Positions 24,236-39,109 are shown, numbered from the whole stretch's first letter. The stretch: 55,601 nt of DNA, filler included, from Bipalium vagum (GCA_037834085.1; 3 parts of 3 records of this genome joined end to end with filler, not necessarily neighbours in it); one strand, 5' to 3'. Numbers and translations: made by a program. The notes: generated by a model not told the origin, from the sequence alone.

Positions 24236-25289
24236 AAATTCTTCTTTTAACCATGGTATTCTTTTAATAATAATTAATAATAATATCAATTAATAATAAT
24301 AATTTATTATATAAAATGTGAAATAATATTTTTTAAAATATTTCCGCGGTATTTTAAGTATTACAGAAATTTTTAAAAATTAAAAAGTTTTTACATTAAA
24401 TTACTTTATATCTTATCAAAGGAGGAAACAGTTTGATGCCTTCTTCTAATCAATATCTATTAAGAGTAACAATAGGAATGATTTCAGTTTGATTTTTCAA
24501 GGTAAAATTATTATTTAAGGATTTTATGATTTTTCGTAATTTATTAAAATTTTAATTATTCTCTTTAATTTTAATTTATAGTTAAATTCGGACAAGGGAA
24601 TCTCTTTTCCGTAATAATTTTAACAAGAATTAATCCTGTTAATTTTATCGAATATTATAAGTTACAAATAATAATGGTTTTGTTGAGATTCTAAAATAAA
24701 TTTAGGGACAATAATCAACAAATTTTAAGTTAAAAACTAGGTTGTAAAGGTCTGGAGTAATAATGATATTAATATACCATGACAAGAACTTGTCTAATGT
24801 CTAAAATATTGAACTTGATTTGTGGATATTATTTTGGAAATATACCTACAGAGTCGATTTTAGATCCCCCTGGTAAAAATTTTAGAGCTAGAAATAAATT
24901 AAATTCTTTTCAATTTTACGGAAGAAGCACAATTAGATAGATTAAGGGAGACTCCGGCTATATGAGGAATTCTCAAAATCATTAATTCCAGACAGCTCAG
25001 AAAGCTTTATATATGTAAGATATCACAACAAAAATTACTACGTCACCTTAGTTGGTAAAATTTGGTATGGTAAAATTTGAAAAATATTAAGATTACAAAA
25101 ACCTGATTACCGTGTTATTGAAGCAGAAAACAGTTGAAATTAAGAGATGTCTTATTTTTTGGATAAAGTTGACGAAGACGTTAATTAAGGTATGACTCAA
25201 ACGATTACCAAATAAATGAAATATTCTATTAAGTATATGCATAAGTATTAGTCTATTTTTCAGTTAAAAATATATATTATCACTACAAG

Positions 25290-26340
25290 AAATCAATCAG
25301 AAAAATAAAATCCATTTTTATCCATCACTTTTTCCCATCTTTCAGGTAATTGACGAATTCCCGAACGATAGAATGATCTGGATTTCGAAACAAGGAAATT
25401 ATCCCGAAATTCTCGAATATCAGAAAATTTTTTTGTTACAATGTTTTGCTAAAAACCGTTGGATATGTGGAAACAGATAGTAATCTGTAGGAATCAGGTC
25501 CGGGGAATTAGCCGCATGAGAAAGTACTTCCCAATCTAATTGTGAGATTGCGTAAGCTCTGCCACATGTGGTCTGGCATTGTCAAGCAGTAGGATAATCT
25601 TATGCGATCCTTGGCTTGAAAAAGGTCTTTTTTCTTTATTTTTGCAACCAATTGCAACAACTACTGATGTAACGTTCTAAATTAATGGTTTTACAAATCT
25701 GGAGAAGATCATAATAAATTAAATCTATCATATCCGACCAGAAACAAATTAGTAGTTTTTTGCTGTGAATATATACTTTTGCGGTTTAAGTTGCTGGCAC
25801 GAATGAATGCGCTTTGGATTATCTTAGGCAATCCACTTTTCATCTTCAATGAAGATCTGCCATAAAAAATCTTTTTTTTCTTTGCCTAGTAAGAAGAGAC
25901 GTGCATGTTGTTAAACGACATGAAATGTTCATTTCTGAGAGTTCATATGGCAACGACTTTCAGCCTTCTGAATTTTTCCTAGTCTATTTAACTGCCAGCT
26001 AAAAGTTTCATGGTCGACTCCAAGCTGTTTCTCAAGTTCTTCTTGTGTTTGGGTCGTATTCTCGCAGAGTAGTTCTTCCAATCTCTCAGGGTGCAATATT
26101 CGTGGAGCACCGGTTTGTGGTACATTGTTTATAACAAAATTTCCGTCTTTAGATTGGCGATACCAATATTTACAAGTACCTTGCGAAATAAAACTATCTC
26201 CTAGAACAGAGCATGTGGTTTGAGATGATGCAAAAGCACTTTTTCCGTGCTGAAATTCATATTTCACAGTTTCGATAGTATATATTTTGGTCACTCAATT
26301 CTAAATCCAAAATTTTTTGATACTCTATAACAATTAAAGT
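25290..26340 (-). mobile_element. Near full-length decayed mariner (DD34D) transposase pseudogene
   Basis: N-terminal YEFQHGKSA...CKYWYRQSKDGNF...TQEELEKQLGVDHETFS, then [20 protein letters not shown] and PDLIPTDYYLF. Multiple stops and frameshifts. Confidence 0.85.
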
Positions 26341-27979
26341 GAAATATTTATTTTATCAATAAATATACAATACAATAAATTACCGAAATTTATATTATTG
26401 GGGTTTTTTGATTATTTATTAATTTATTTAAACAATGATTAAAACATGGTTTAATACAATGCATAAATACTAAATCTAGTATTACAATCGGGTGCCGATT
26501 GAACTAAGTATCTAGCGGATCACAATGGTAAGGAACTAACCTTCGACTGGTTCCATGTAATACTGTTATATTTTCATTATAATTATTTATTTTCTTCACA
26601 TGATTAATTTCATTTGATTTATCATGCATATTCATTTCCGTTAGTGATCAGGCATTTTCTTCAAAAGTGATTACGTACTTATACAAAGACTGATAATAAA
26701 AATTTTAAACTTACGTTTTGAACAGTTAGTATAGTAAGCAAATACAAGTTTTGGAATCAAGTTATAGCGGACTTGGTTAATAAAAATTAACAATTATTTT
26801 TAATTATTGAGGCAATTATGAAATAATTCTCAATTTCAAATAATTAAGTACCGATATGAATATTTTAGAAACTATTCCTCTACCGAACATTAACGACCAC
26901 TGGTGTACAATAAATAATTAATGAATATATTTACTTTAATTTATTTAATTCATTATAGCTGAAAATAACAAGAATATATACTAGTCATCAGCGAATTAAG
27001 TTACAATGTACGTTAATTAGTCAAAAATATTTATTCCCAAAAAAATATATAATGATAATTATTTTTCACTGAAAATACATTTTTTAAAATAAAAATCTTT
27101 TTATATCTTTTGAATATGTAAATTTACTTTGAAATTATAAAATTACTCAACAAGTCTTATTATCAGAGAATCAGAGATTCTTATTGAGGTCTTATCAAGA
27201 AAATTACCTCAATTACCTCAATGAAATTCTGACATGGTCCAAACTACTGTGTGAAAATTCAAATATCTGTGCTGTAACATCAATTTATTCCAGAATCCTT
27301 AAAATTGATAATGACTTTTGTGAAACATAGTTCTGCCTTTCCAGATCGTAATAAAATTCTCTTTGGGTTGACTGTGTCAAACCTAATTTTTGCCAGGTCT
27401 ACATTAAAAGTCTTTAATTTGATATTGATATATTTTCAGGATATAATAGTTGCACCGAAATTCTTTTCCCAAAATTTAATTACTTGGTATACAAAGCAGA
27501 TTAATATAGATTAATGATTTTTTCTTATTATATTAATCAATCATTCATTGTTTAATTACTCCATATGAATTTTTATTACAAACAACATGATAACTAATCT
27601 CAACCAAATTAAACGTAAACAAGTTACTGAATTTTTCCTAAGTCATAATACCGATCGTACAGTGACAAGAAATCATTTTTACACAATAGGATTTTAACTT
27701 ACGTTTCATTAACCGAGCTTTTGAACAGTATAGCAAAATTGTCAGTTTTGAATATCAATCTTCATCTAGCAGAATTTCAACGGTCTCTATCAAGACTAAT
27801 GTCAAAAAAACTGAATCTTTAGTGTTACGTATTGAAAGGTTCCTTTTTTAAGTCGTATGAAAAATGAATTCTTTATGATAATCGAAAGACCTTCAGCATA
27901 ATTGTTAAATGTCGATCAATCTCCGTTCCATTGCCAAAACCTGGTCTACATTACAAAAAATAATAATTACTTTCTGACG

Positions 27980-28320
27980 TGACTATCACAGCAAACAAGT
28001 AGTGCTCAGATCTAGAAACAATGTACCAAAAATTATTCATTAAGCAGCTTTCAGTGGTCAACAGAAAAGGCTTAGCCCTGATGCTTGGCAATCTGGGACC
28101 ACATGTATGTAAAAAGACTTTTAAAAACTAGACTGAGCTGGGAATAAAAAGTATTCAACTGATATGACATCAACGGATTGCCATTTCTTCAAGCATCTAC
28201 ATAATTTTCTGGTCAAAAAGTCTTTTTAAATCATGAGGATATCAAAAAGGATATCTCCTAATACATCTCAGACTTTTACATAAATGTTAATTAAAAATCT
28301 ATTGGAAATATTTTCAAAAA
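27980..28320 (+). mobile_element. mariner C-terminal remnant
   Basis: VNRKG..LMLGNLGPHV and TDCHFFKHLHNFL (degenerate HDNARPH and PTDYHFFKHL). Confidence 0.55.
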
Positions 28321-31300
28321 ATTACTTTGATTTTTCAGGCTGTGGACCTTTACCAAAGAACATTCATAAGTGTGAATCTCAGTAAAAGTTACTGTTTATC
28401 AATCATATTCATTTTTTTTAATATTTTATTTTCATTAATTAAAAATTTTTTAAGTATTCATATTTCCATTTAGCACAGGTTAAGCTTCTCTCCTTAATAA
28501 TCCTTTGGTGTTTATAATTATTAATTGTTGAATAAAGAGAACCCTATTTTTATTAGACTTGCTTTTGAAGTAGATAGTGTTAATAAGATTCAACTTCCAT
28601 TATTAAATATAAATTTACAAAAGTTTTATCATTATTCATGCTATCTCGAAATCATTAACTAATTATTTTGAATTGTTTGTTTTACTGAAGTAAATTGTTT
28701 GAATGAAAAATATATATTTAAGTTTTTGTTTTTGTCTTTAAATCAAGTGTTTGTGTCTAGACCGAGCAACTTTTTTTCATCCCGGATTAATGTATAATTA
28801 AAATTTACTTCAATCAAAGTGTAAATATTGACTATGGTGGGAAAAAGTGAAAATATTTTCCTTTTGCATTTAAAGATTCCATATACTGTGAGAGAAAATA
28901 CGACTTTATATTCTTCACAGGAACGCTTATAACAGAATTCCAGTACCGCATCTCCTTTTAATTAATTTAATCTTTTTCTTTTTCTTTTTACTATGTCCAG
29001 TAGCACAATTATACACCGAGTGTCCGGTAATAATTCGAAATAATTATTTTTCCATAAATATTACTGTAATATTTATAATAAATTAAAATCAGAGTGGAAT
29101 GGGAAGGAATTGTGAAATTTCTATTATAATATAAATATTAATGTACTTGTAAGTAGTTCATTGTTTTATTCAACAAAATAATTTTGAACTGGGGCTCTAA
29201 AGTCCCTGATTCTGACTGATTCTGCCCTTTCACATATCTTTTGAAACAGGTGATAAGTAACATCAAACTGTGGAAGAAACGTGGATGAAAATACCATGCC
29301 TAATAAATATCTAAATGAAGACACTTGTCCAAACCCTATTCTGAGAACTTTAACAAATTATTTTTTCCCATTTTTGGTAAAATGTATTAAAATTGAATGA
29401 GATCTTTGAACCTATGTTAAGAAATTTTAATTTTACATGAAGCCAAACTGGAAAACGTTTTAATTTTTTAAAATCATAATTTAATTCACTTAAATTTACA
29501 TATTATAATAGTTATAATAAAAAATTCCAATAATTTTAATTAATAATAATAACAATTGTGTAAAATTCGGGTAAAAATGATAAATAAATAATTTTAAATG
29601 TTTTATAATCTTAAATAGAACAATGTTGAGTTTTAATCAAATCAGTAATTAAATAATTAAATTAAATTTTAAAATAGAGTTGAAAATTCTATGGTTTGAT
29701 GATTAAATTTGCTTGAAAATTTCGAATTGATTAAATCTGACAATACATAAAAAATGATGTCATCAATTATTAAATATATAATATTTAAAGATTAGTGTCA
29801 ATTTTAATTGATCCAACATTCCTATGTATCAGAAGAAATAAATAAGGTTTTTCAAAGTCTAATTTTTTGATAAATATAAAATTATAATTATAGTGATAAT
29901 TATCTTTTATTTATGTTAACTGTGATTTAACAATTTCAGAGATAAGTTTTAAAGATTTATTGGACTAACTTCAATCCTTGATCCACATTTGTTTAAAATG
30001 GTCAATTTAATATGCTTAATTTTAAAGAATTTAAAAAATTCTTTTGATTTTAATAGTTAGACTTTATTTGTGGGTCAATTTCTTCATGTTTAGTCGTTAG
30101 TAGTTATAATGTTGAAGTAATTTTTTAAATTTCATTTATTTTAATAGTTAAAATTTAGTTGTTGTTCAATATCTGCCTAAAGGTACTGCCTCAACTCAAC
30201 AATTAAATATATGTCAACGAAAGTCTTTTAAAGTTGTTGTCATGCATGAAGTCCATATATTATCTCCAAACTACCAACATTTCTTCGCAGGACTATGAAG
30301 AATCCATCACATCTTGTAGCTTAATTTTTATCAATCGATTATGTAAGGATGTCCTGAAAATACCATTATTTATTATGGACAACGCATCTGCCATTAAATA
30401 AAAATTATGTGGATGATTAAGAGACTGATTGATGAAGTTCCTCTTTATTCAATAATAATCGACAATCTTTGTTTCATTTAATCAAACATATGGCCTGATT
30501 TAAAAATGAACAATTTTTAGTCAATATTTCTTTAAAAATGGAATCTACAACTTTCATTGAAAATCTTTTTGTGATGAGAACAAAATTCTTTCAAAAATCA
30601 TACATTTTATGCATCAAATTAATGACGCATTTAAACAATACCGTTTCAAAATTAAATTAATTTTAAAATTTAATTATTATTAGTGATAAGATAATATTAT
30701 TATATAAATATAACTAATACTTTACATAAGTTATATATAGCATACAGATGTATTGATACTGGTCTACCTCGATTTTTGTGATCACATTATGTTGATCATG
30801 ACTATTGATTATATAATAATAACAATATTTCTGATGGAAATCAGAATAACTTTATTTATTTACTTTCAATCTATTGATATTTAAAAATCTCGAAATGTTT
30901 TCATGTGCACCTAACCATTGTAATTTTTATACTAATAAAAAATAGAAAAACTAATAAAAATATTTATAGTGATAAAAACGCAGAACAATTTTCTAATAGC
31001 CTGAAAAATAAATGATGAATCGAGTGACCAACTCTTTTTGAGCATCCACTTGATTAAATCCACTTATATGTATTGTTTGGGGCTGTTGAAATTATTTCAT
31101 TGTCAACCGACAGAAAATAAATGTAAAAATTATCAGTGGGCGATTGTAAATCAAGTAAGGAGGTCCAGATTACCCTTTTATGAAAAAAGTATTTTTGTGA
31201 ATTATTAAAAATTAATTGTTATATTTTATAATTTATAAATTATAATAATTTTATTATTTTTTTCTAATAATTTTTATTATTTTATCATTACTATTATATG

Positions 31301-32038
31301 ATTATGGGAAAATAATTTATTAATTATTACTCATAAAATACACATTATTTATATTATATCTAAATGTTAACTGTGATAAATTTTCATAAAATATTGAAAT
31401 CATAATCCATGAAAAAAAATTCAGAATGGAAGCTATTGTTAATTTACGCGTCACCAAAATCGAATGGGAAAAGTTAATTAATTTTATTATTTAAGGATAA
31501 TAATTTTTCAAGTCAAATAATATCTTTTATAAAATTTACTCATTTTAATAATATAATTAAAAATATAATTATTATTGATCAATTACTCCTATGATTTGTA
31601 AAAATTTAAAACCATGAAGAATATTGTTCAATGAATAAGTATTTGTGGTCTATAATTTAAAGACTTAAAGTTTATCCAATTCTTATCATCCCAATATAAA
31701 TCTTTTGAGAGGTTTATAATAATTGGTAAGTATTATAAATAATCTTGAAAGTAACCAAGACTTTTATGATCTGAATTTTTAAATTTCGTTTTTTGGCAAG
31801 TTTAGATCAATCAAATTCAATGATCACAAAATATTCATTATATCTCATTTATAATTCATCTGGCATGATAATGAATTTATGAGCTTTGGCTTTGCATGTC
31901 TGGCTCAGTTTTATTATCATATATTTATCTTATAAAAATGTATTCAGTAACATACCGGATTAAAAATTAAAAAATGATGTCAGACTTTCCAAAATTATAA
32001 TAAAACATTTTACAAAAATTTAATTTCGATTTTTTTTA

Positions 32039-32177
32039 NNNNNNNNNNNNNNNNNNNNNNNNNNNNNNNNNNNNNNNNNNNNNNNNNNNNNNNNNNNNNN
32101 NNNNNNNNNNNNNNNNNNNNNNNNNNNNNNNNNNNNNNNNNNNNNNNNNNNNNNNNNNNNNNNNNNNNNNNNNNNNN
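32039..32177. other. Assembly gap (139 N, no linker)
   Basis: N-run. Confidence 0.98.
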
Positions 32178-33536
32178 TCATATATTAAAATGAAAAAAAT
32201 TCATTTTAAATGTAAAAAACATATTATCCTATTGAACAAATGCTATCTCAAAGTAAATTTGTATTGTAAACGTTACCCTGGTGACCTAAAGAAACTAAAA
32301 TAAGTATTAATCTTTTGAATAATTACTATTTGTAAGGTAGATTAACATTAATGTAACATGGTTTACAAAGATAACGATAAGAGTTGAATATATCTACAAA
32401 TAAGGATTTCATGAGATTAAATTGTACATATTTAATCTTGTACAGTTTATTTGAGGATGATGAATGAGAATAAAATTACATTCCGATCTTGTACATTTTC
32501 ATTTGATGAAATATCTCAGCTAGAATGAATTAAAAAATTAGGATTATTGATGTGAAATGCTTGCAAAGATCTGGAAACCTTATATGAAATTAATTATGGT
32601 CAACACAATTCAAACCCCGCTTATAAATTTCTAAAGCTGATAGATTTGCTTCATTTTAATTTTTTCTAAGTTATTACAATTTATATAATTTTTTATTAAT
32701 ATAATATTTGCAAAAAGAAAATAAATTGCATCACTTTAGACTGGCTGTTAAAAGAAAAAGTAATAAAATAGCTTTAATCTTTAATGAAGTAATTTTTAGA
32801 GTTGCAATAACCAAATTTTCTCTCAGTATTTAAATTCTATGAAAGATTATCATTACTAATTATCATAATAATTATGCATAAATATGTTTTATTCACATTT
32901 ACCGGCAATCTTTTAAAATCCATCTGTTAGTTGAAACAATACCTAGATTTATTGATTAATTTATCAAATTAAAAGTTTTCTTAATGAATCATTACTAGTC
33001 ATTACTACTGATGCAATAACTAAGTGGCTTTATTAGTGAAATAAATCGGCGGATAAATTCATAGATTCTCAAACCAAAATAAGATTATTTTGATAAATTT
33101 ACAGTAGAAGTAATAATTTTTTTGGGATTTTCTCTAAAACAATAGAATATGATTTATAATCCTTATTATATAATAGAATAATCTTCAAAAATAATAAATA
33201 TTTTACAAATATCATTCCATTCTATAGATTAGTTTTCTTTTGTAATCCTAATTATGGTGGATTATTGATTCGTCGTCCCGAGTCTGATTTTCAGTGCTAA
33301 TGGATCTAAATTACTTTCTTTTGTTTTCAGACATGGCATTTCCATCTTTAATATGTTTCAAAGATAATGCAATTTTCTATAGATGATATTCAATTAAATA
33401 TGTCCTTTGTTTCTGTGGTTTTGCTCGACTTTTGTTTTTCTTTTATCTAACTTGTATGACTATAAAGTCTTAATTGTATCTTTTATTTTTGATGAAAAAT
33501 TGTTAGATTCACATTCTAAGTAAATAATATATAAAC

Positions 33537-33539
<3 letters not shown>

Positions 33540-33569
<30 letters not shown>
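33540..33569. repeat. (TA)n microsatellite
   Basis: About 15 TA units. Confidence 0.95.
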
Positions 33570-33573
<4 letters not shown>

Positions 33574-34559
33574 TTCACATAGTATTAATGATTATTATAA
33601 TATTTTCATTATTTTCCATTAGGTTTCATATAAGTCTGTACTGAAATATAATACTATTCTTATTCTTTATAAATATTTTATTATATTTTTGTAAGGCATG
33701 CATATTTGTATAATAAAATATTTTTCAAAGTCAAAATTGAGATTATTATGATAAATGAAATAAAGAAACTTTTCTGTTGATGAGAGATCAATAACACTAC
33801 GTTATTTACGAATATGAAGATTTCTATATACCTCACCTTAATAAACGCAATTTTTTCTTGATTTTTTTCAATCTTCTGAATATCGAATATCAAATACCAA
33901 ATATTGAAAAAAGAAATTTGAAAAAAATATAAAATTTTTAAAAATAAAAAATATTAAAAAAATTAAATTTATTCTTAAAAAATCTGTAACAAATATACAA
34001 CATCAAATTCAATTATCAGTCTCGATGAATGGAAACCTATCGAAAATGTTCTTTTCCTGACTATTTATTTCATGATGACTATAATGTAAGATTTCTAAAT
34101 TTTGGTGGTAATACAATAATTTATTTAAATTCTCATTATTAAAACAAATTTTAAGGAATAGTTTATCAATTAAAAATTTTTCCGAAAGATATAATACAAA
34201 ATAATATTAATAATTGTTTAAATCTTTAGAAGCAATAACAAGTTTCAATGATAATTGTAATGTAAAGTTAAAACCTCTATATCCTTTAATTTATTCATGA
34301 AATGGTTGTTTCCCCTTAAATAAAAAAGATAATTCAATAGATCAATTATTTATAAGATAAGAAAAAACTTTACAATCAGAACAAACAATAAATATTGAAT
34401 AAATAATGAATATATCAATAAATAATTTTTGAATTTTTAATTATGCCAAAAACAGTTAAAAAAATAAGAAAAAATTATTTTAATTTTGGAGAAAGAGATA
34501 GAAAGAGAAAGAAAAATGGGCAATAAATTACATAATGTCACAAGTAGAAATCAAAACAT

Positions 34560-35090
34560 ATATAAATAAAAATAATGATTTAAAATGATTTGAATATTTT
34601 TAAAAATCAGATTTATAGTTTATTCTCATAATAATAATGAATATATTTTATACAGAGGAAATGAAGATTTTAAAAAACAAACTTATTTATTATGATCAAG
34701 AAAATCATTATTTTATTTCAATAAAAAAAATATCAGCATTTTTATAATCAAGAAAATATTGTCATAATTGTTTCATAGGATTTCATAATTAAAATACTTG
34801 TACAACAACTAAATGTAAAATTTTTTGAAATAAAAAAGTATATGATCGTTGTAACGAAGAATATTTTAAATCCTATGAACATAAATGTGGTCATACAAAT
34901 TGCCTAATTTGTAATGAAAAATACGTATCTCCCATTAATAATCACAAATGTTTTTTAAAGAATAATGAAGGAAAATTTAACCAAAGCAATAAATAGTTAT
35001 TTTTTGATTTTGAGGCTACTCAAGAAAATGTCGGTTATCAAGAAATGAATTTTGCTATAGCTTTTAATAATGAAAGGAATATATTTTATA
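34560..35090 (+). pseudogene. Polinton/Maverick/adintovirus protein-primed PolB, N-terminal Zn-finger and ExoI fragment
   Basis: CHNCFIGFHN*NTCTTTKC...HKCGHTNCLICNEKYVSPINNHKCFLK...*LFFDFEATQENVGYQEMNFAIA: Cys/His cluster followed by the FFDFE ExoI motif (34997-35023). Confidence 0.7.
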
Positions 35091-35999
35091 ACTAAAATAT
35101 AAAAAATTGAAATAGAAATTTTAAAATAGAAAATTCTAAAAAAGGTCCAAAAAATTTGAAAGAATTAGAAAGCAATATTGCATTAAATATGAGAAATTTA
35201 ACAAATATTTTATATTATATCTTAAATCTTTCAAAACATGAAAAATTGAATTAATAAAATCAAATATAAAAAATTTTAAAATAGGTGAAAGTAATAACAA
35301 AATTTTAAATGATGCTATCATAAAAATAACAAATGATAATGAAGGTCTTCTTTAAGTTACTAAATGCTATGAAGATAAAATTTAAAAAGTTTTTGCACAA
35401 AATTATTATAAAAAAGTGTATGAAAAAATTCCACCTATTGCTTGTTGGTATTCTTATTGGAAATCTTCATCAAGGTATATTATAAATTCTATAAACTTGG
35501 AAATCAATTTAACAAAGTTAGAGTATTTGGTTGGAGAAAGATTATTATTAAAAAGAGAATTTACAATCATATTAATTGCAGATAAAAATAAGTACACAAT
35601 TAATAATGTTATAAATTTTGGAACAACAAATAATTAACATGTTTTTGGTTGGTATAATACTTATAGAAATTACCTTATGGTTGATGGAAGACCTTTACAG
35701 AAAACATATGTTAAAAGTTATAAAGGAACGGATATAATATTTGTAAAATATTTATATTCAAACTTCTATTATAATTCTGAAGAAAAATATTCAAATGAAT
35801 TTAAAGAAATTAGTTGTAATATGAAATTTAAAATTTATTCAAGACATAAAAGTTTATGAAATTCTATTTTTTCATCATTATGTATGTTAGTTACATTTAT
35901 ATCGGTTGACAAGTTATCAAGTCTTATTTTTAAATTGTAAATTTTAATAAAATTATTTAAGCAATTTAATTATTTAGTTTTATTTTATGTTATCCTGTT

Positions 36000-38290
36000 T
36001 TGTTCTGTTAAAACAATATTGGCATGCTTTTGTAGAGAATGCTGTCTTTTCCTACGATTCCTCTTCCAATTCTACCTGGTAGTAGGCATTCCATAAATCA
36101 ATAGAGCTTAAATACCGAGGTCCCCCGAGTTTATTTATTCTTTTACGTTGGGTATTAGGAAAGCCTGTCTCTCAGTGATTGCGTTCAATCTTCTGAAGTT
36201 TAAACAGAGTCGAATATCCTTCTAATTCTTCTTCCAGACACAAATGATCCGCATATTAAAAGGAGAATTGCATCTTTTTATGATTTTATTTTTATACAGG
36301 TGTAAGTGTTTGGTTCGAATATAAAAATACTAACACTATTAATATAGGTTAGAAATGGACTCACCAACTACGCCAAAGGTAGTGTAACAAATGAGTGTTC
36401 TAGGGTACGAACTAAGTCTAATTAAATTATTTGAGATAACACGATTTTTGTTACAAAAATATATTTTGTAAAACAAATAAAAATCTTTCTTATCACAATT
36501 ATAATATTAATTATTAAGTCTTCTTGGTTTTACGATAACCGAAGAAACCCTGGTGTTACAAATACGTCTTCTATTTCCGAAGCGTATTTATTACCTTTTA
36601 CCAGCTTAACTTCTTGTTGCGAAGTTAATTGCGATTTGAATGAGAAAACCAAGAGCTTATATACTCCTGCTATTCACATTCCTGATCTCTTGATTAGTGG
36701 AAAATAAAACTTTCCATTAATAGAGTAATATGGGGTTTTTGCTATTTTAGGAAAGATCTTATAGTATAGAACTTACTAAATATAGCCTCCCATATATTAA
36801 TAATTTTTCATATTAATGTATTTTTAGTAAGTTTTATTTTCTTACTCATTATTACTCATTTTAATTAATTTTAATAATTTTGTGGATTAAGGTTTAATTA
36901 ACTTCAACCCACAATTTATATTATTATTTTTATAAAATATAAGCTGAAATATATAAAATAACATAGAGTCAAAATATAAAAGAAACAAAGCCTAACAAGG
37001 CTTTTTCATGCAAATTTTCACAATTAAAATGTTTATTAATTGTAGATTATGAGCTTTGGAGAATCATCCTCCATAAGCTCTTGTTCTGGCTGTAGCGACT
37101 TTGCGGGCTTTGAATTTGAATTGGTGGGTGCTTGGACCTCTTTTTCTATAAATCCAAACACAAGTTTGAAATAACCTTGTCTATTTTATTTTCCAAATGA
37201 GCCGATTGTCTCTATGATTTCATATTAGTGGGATCTTATGCTTCAATCTGATACTTCAACAGGTCCGTACATCCAAATATCTCATTTATCTGCCATAAAA
37301 ACATTCATATTGTTCCTTATAAACTCTAACAGCTTTTGGTGATTTGATATGTTCAATATTTCTCTGGCCTTTTAAAATCTTTCAGCATCTGATATTACTC
37401 TTCCAAACTTTTCCTCAATATTGCATACATCAAGTTTTATTTCTTGCAGGTGCCTTCATACCATTGTAAAGCCAATCCAAATTGTTGCTGTAGCTCCAAA
37501 CCTCTAATTATGTTGAATGTGATATGGTTCACTATCCTGAAAGTAATATTTCTCATTTTGTCACTGATCTCCATTTCTAATTCAGTTTTCCCTACAAATT
37601 CTAGCTTGCTCTCTTTTGCACATTTTAATTTTTCATTGCTTTTGATCATATCTGTATTTTGAAATCTGTAAAATAATTTTGCACTCGTCACATTTATTCT
37701 TGCTCCTGTGTATAGGAAACAATCAATTTCTATATCTTGTATCTTCAATGTGATACTTGGACGTCCTTGCAACTTATGGTAAGCTATATCTGTATTTTTC
37801 AATTCGCCTATCGACATTAACTTCACCGAGTTCACCTCTTCTGGAATTCTTTAAATTACTCGTATAATTTATATTGTTCTTCTTTAAAAATACTTTTTAT
37901 CGATTGCACTTCACAGTGGGACATTATATTCGAAAGTGCCCTTATTTACAATCTCATTTCTGTTGATCATAGACCGCACTTGTAGCTTTTCTATATTTCT
38001 TTCTTCTCTTGGTCGTATAATTAAGGCTGATTTATAGGTCTGGTATTGTCGTGCATTTATCTTATCTATCTCAGCTCTACACATCCATCTCTTTGATTTT
38101 CTCCTTTCACTTCCCGCAAGCATTACTTCAGTTTAACTCATTTGTACAGTGTACCAACAAAAGTTCTAACAATGATTCTTTATCCCACGTATCAGAGCAA
38201 TTTATTGTCCAGTTTTTCTACTTTTTTGAAATATTTTTCTTCTGATTCATTTGTCTAATTGTAAATCTTCAGCATCGAGCTTTTCATTTG
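36000..38290 (-). mobile_element. Decayed Ty3/gypsy element (gag-protease-RT N-terminal part)
   Basis: Protease GRPSITLKIQDIEIDCFLYTGARINV (LDTGA mutated). RT start KIIKRCNSPFN...KKN*KDIRLCLNFRRLNAITERQAFLIP at about 36130-36290. Confidence 0.85.
36301..36997. mobile_element. 697-bp TG...CA insertion (solo-LTR-like) interrupting the gypsy RT
   Basis: Starts TGTAAGTGTTTGGTTC and ends GAAACAAAGCCTAACA (imperfect terminal inverted repeat). AGG is duplicated at the flanks, and gypsy coding sequence resumes on both sides. Confidence 0.65.
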
Positions 38291-38339
38291 AAACCCTTTG
38301 CGTAGAAATCATTTATATTTAATTCAAACTTCTTAGATA

Positions 38340-38884
38340 TTATTGCATTTATCAAATTATAACTTTTACCTTTAATATAATCATATGGATAAATTCTTTT
38401 TTTATGTTTTGATTTAAAAGATTTTAAAATTTCATATTTATTTAATTTTATCAACATATTACCTAATTTTCTTATCTTTGTAAATGGAAAAATTCTCGTT
38501 AAATCTAAACAATTGATGTTTCTAAAACTAAAACTAGAATCTTCTTTATCTATGTTATTATTTTAAAATTTTCTTTAGGAAACTAAGATAGTAATTCTAT
38601 GAAGTGTAGATGAAAATCGTATTTTGAACCATTTTGAAAATAAAATGGAATAAAGAAATTTTTAATGACATTACATGAATTATTGGATGATCCTTTATAT
38701 TTTCCATTTAAATGATTATTTTTAAATGAATCCTTGTGAGTAATTCGAATCGTCTGCGCTGATAGTTCTTTTAACTTTTTCTTTTTCTCTTTCTCTGCTT
38801 TTGAAAGGTCTCTTTTATATTGAATTGTTGGAAATGATTTATCGTAATAACGGACAATTATTTTGATTATTCTGCTATAGTTCC
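38340..38884 (-). pseudogene. Second-type Polinton protein-primed PolB fragment (HNH/EndoVII-like motif plus ExoII)
   Basis: Minus strand HKDSFKNNHLNGKYKGSSNNSCNVIKNFFIPFYFQNGSKYDFHL and later YPYDYI. These correspond to DHxHxxGxYRGxAxxxCN, IPxxFHNxxxYDxHL and KGxYPYDY. Confidence 0.7.
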
Positions 38885-38984
38885 NNNNNNNNNNNNNNNN
38901 NNNNNNNNNNNNNNNNNNNNNNNNNNNNTTAATTAATTAANNNNNNNNNNNNNNNNNNNNNNNNNNNNNNNNNNNNNNNNNNNN
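38885..38984. other. Assembly gap (100 nt) with artificial TTAATTAATTAA linker
   Basis: N-run with the linker at 38929-38940. Confidence 0.95.
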
Positions 38985-39109
38985 TATATATTCGATTAAA
39001 AATTGGCCAAGTAAAACGGTACGCTTTCAAATATAGGTATTTTCATAAGCTAAAGGAATAATAAAACCAATTTATTTTTTTTATTATTTTATTATTATTA
39101 TAAAATTAC

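Noticed and set aside
33240-33470. Possible Penelope GIY-YIG relic or missing PEX1 exon
   Set aside because: All frames are interrupted and no diagnostic motif is clearly readable.
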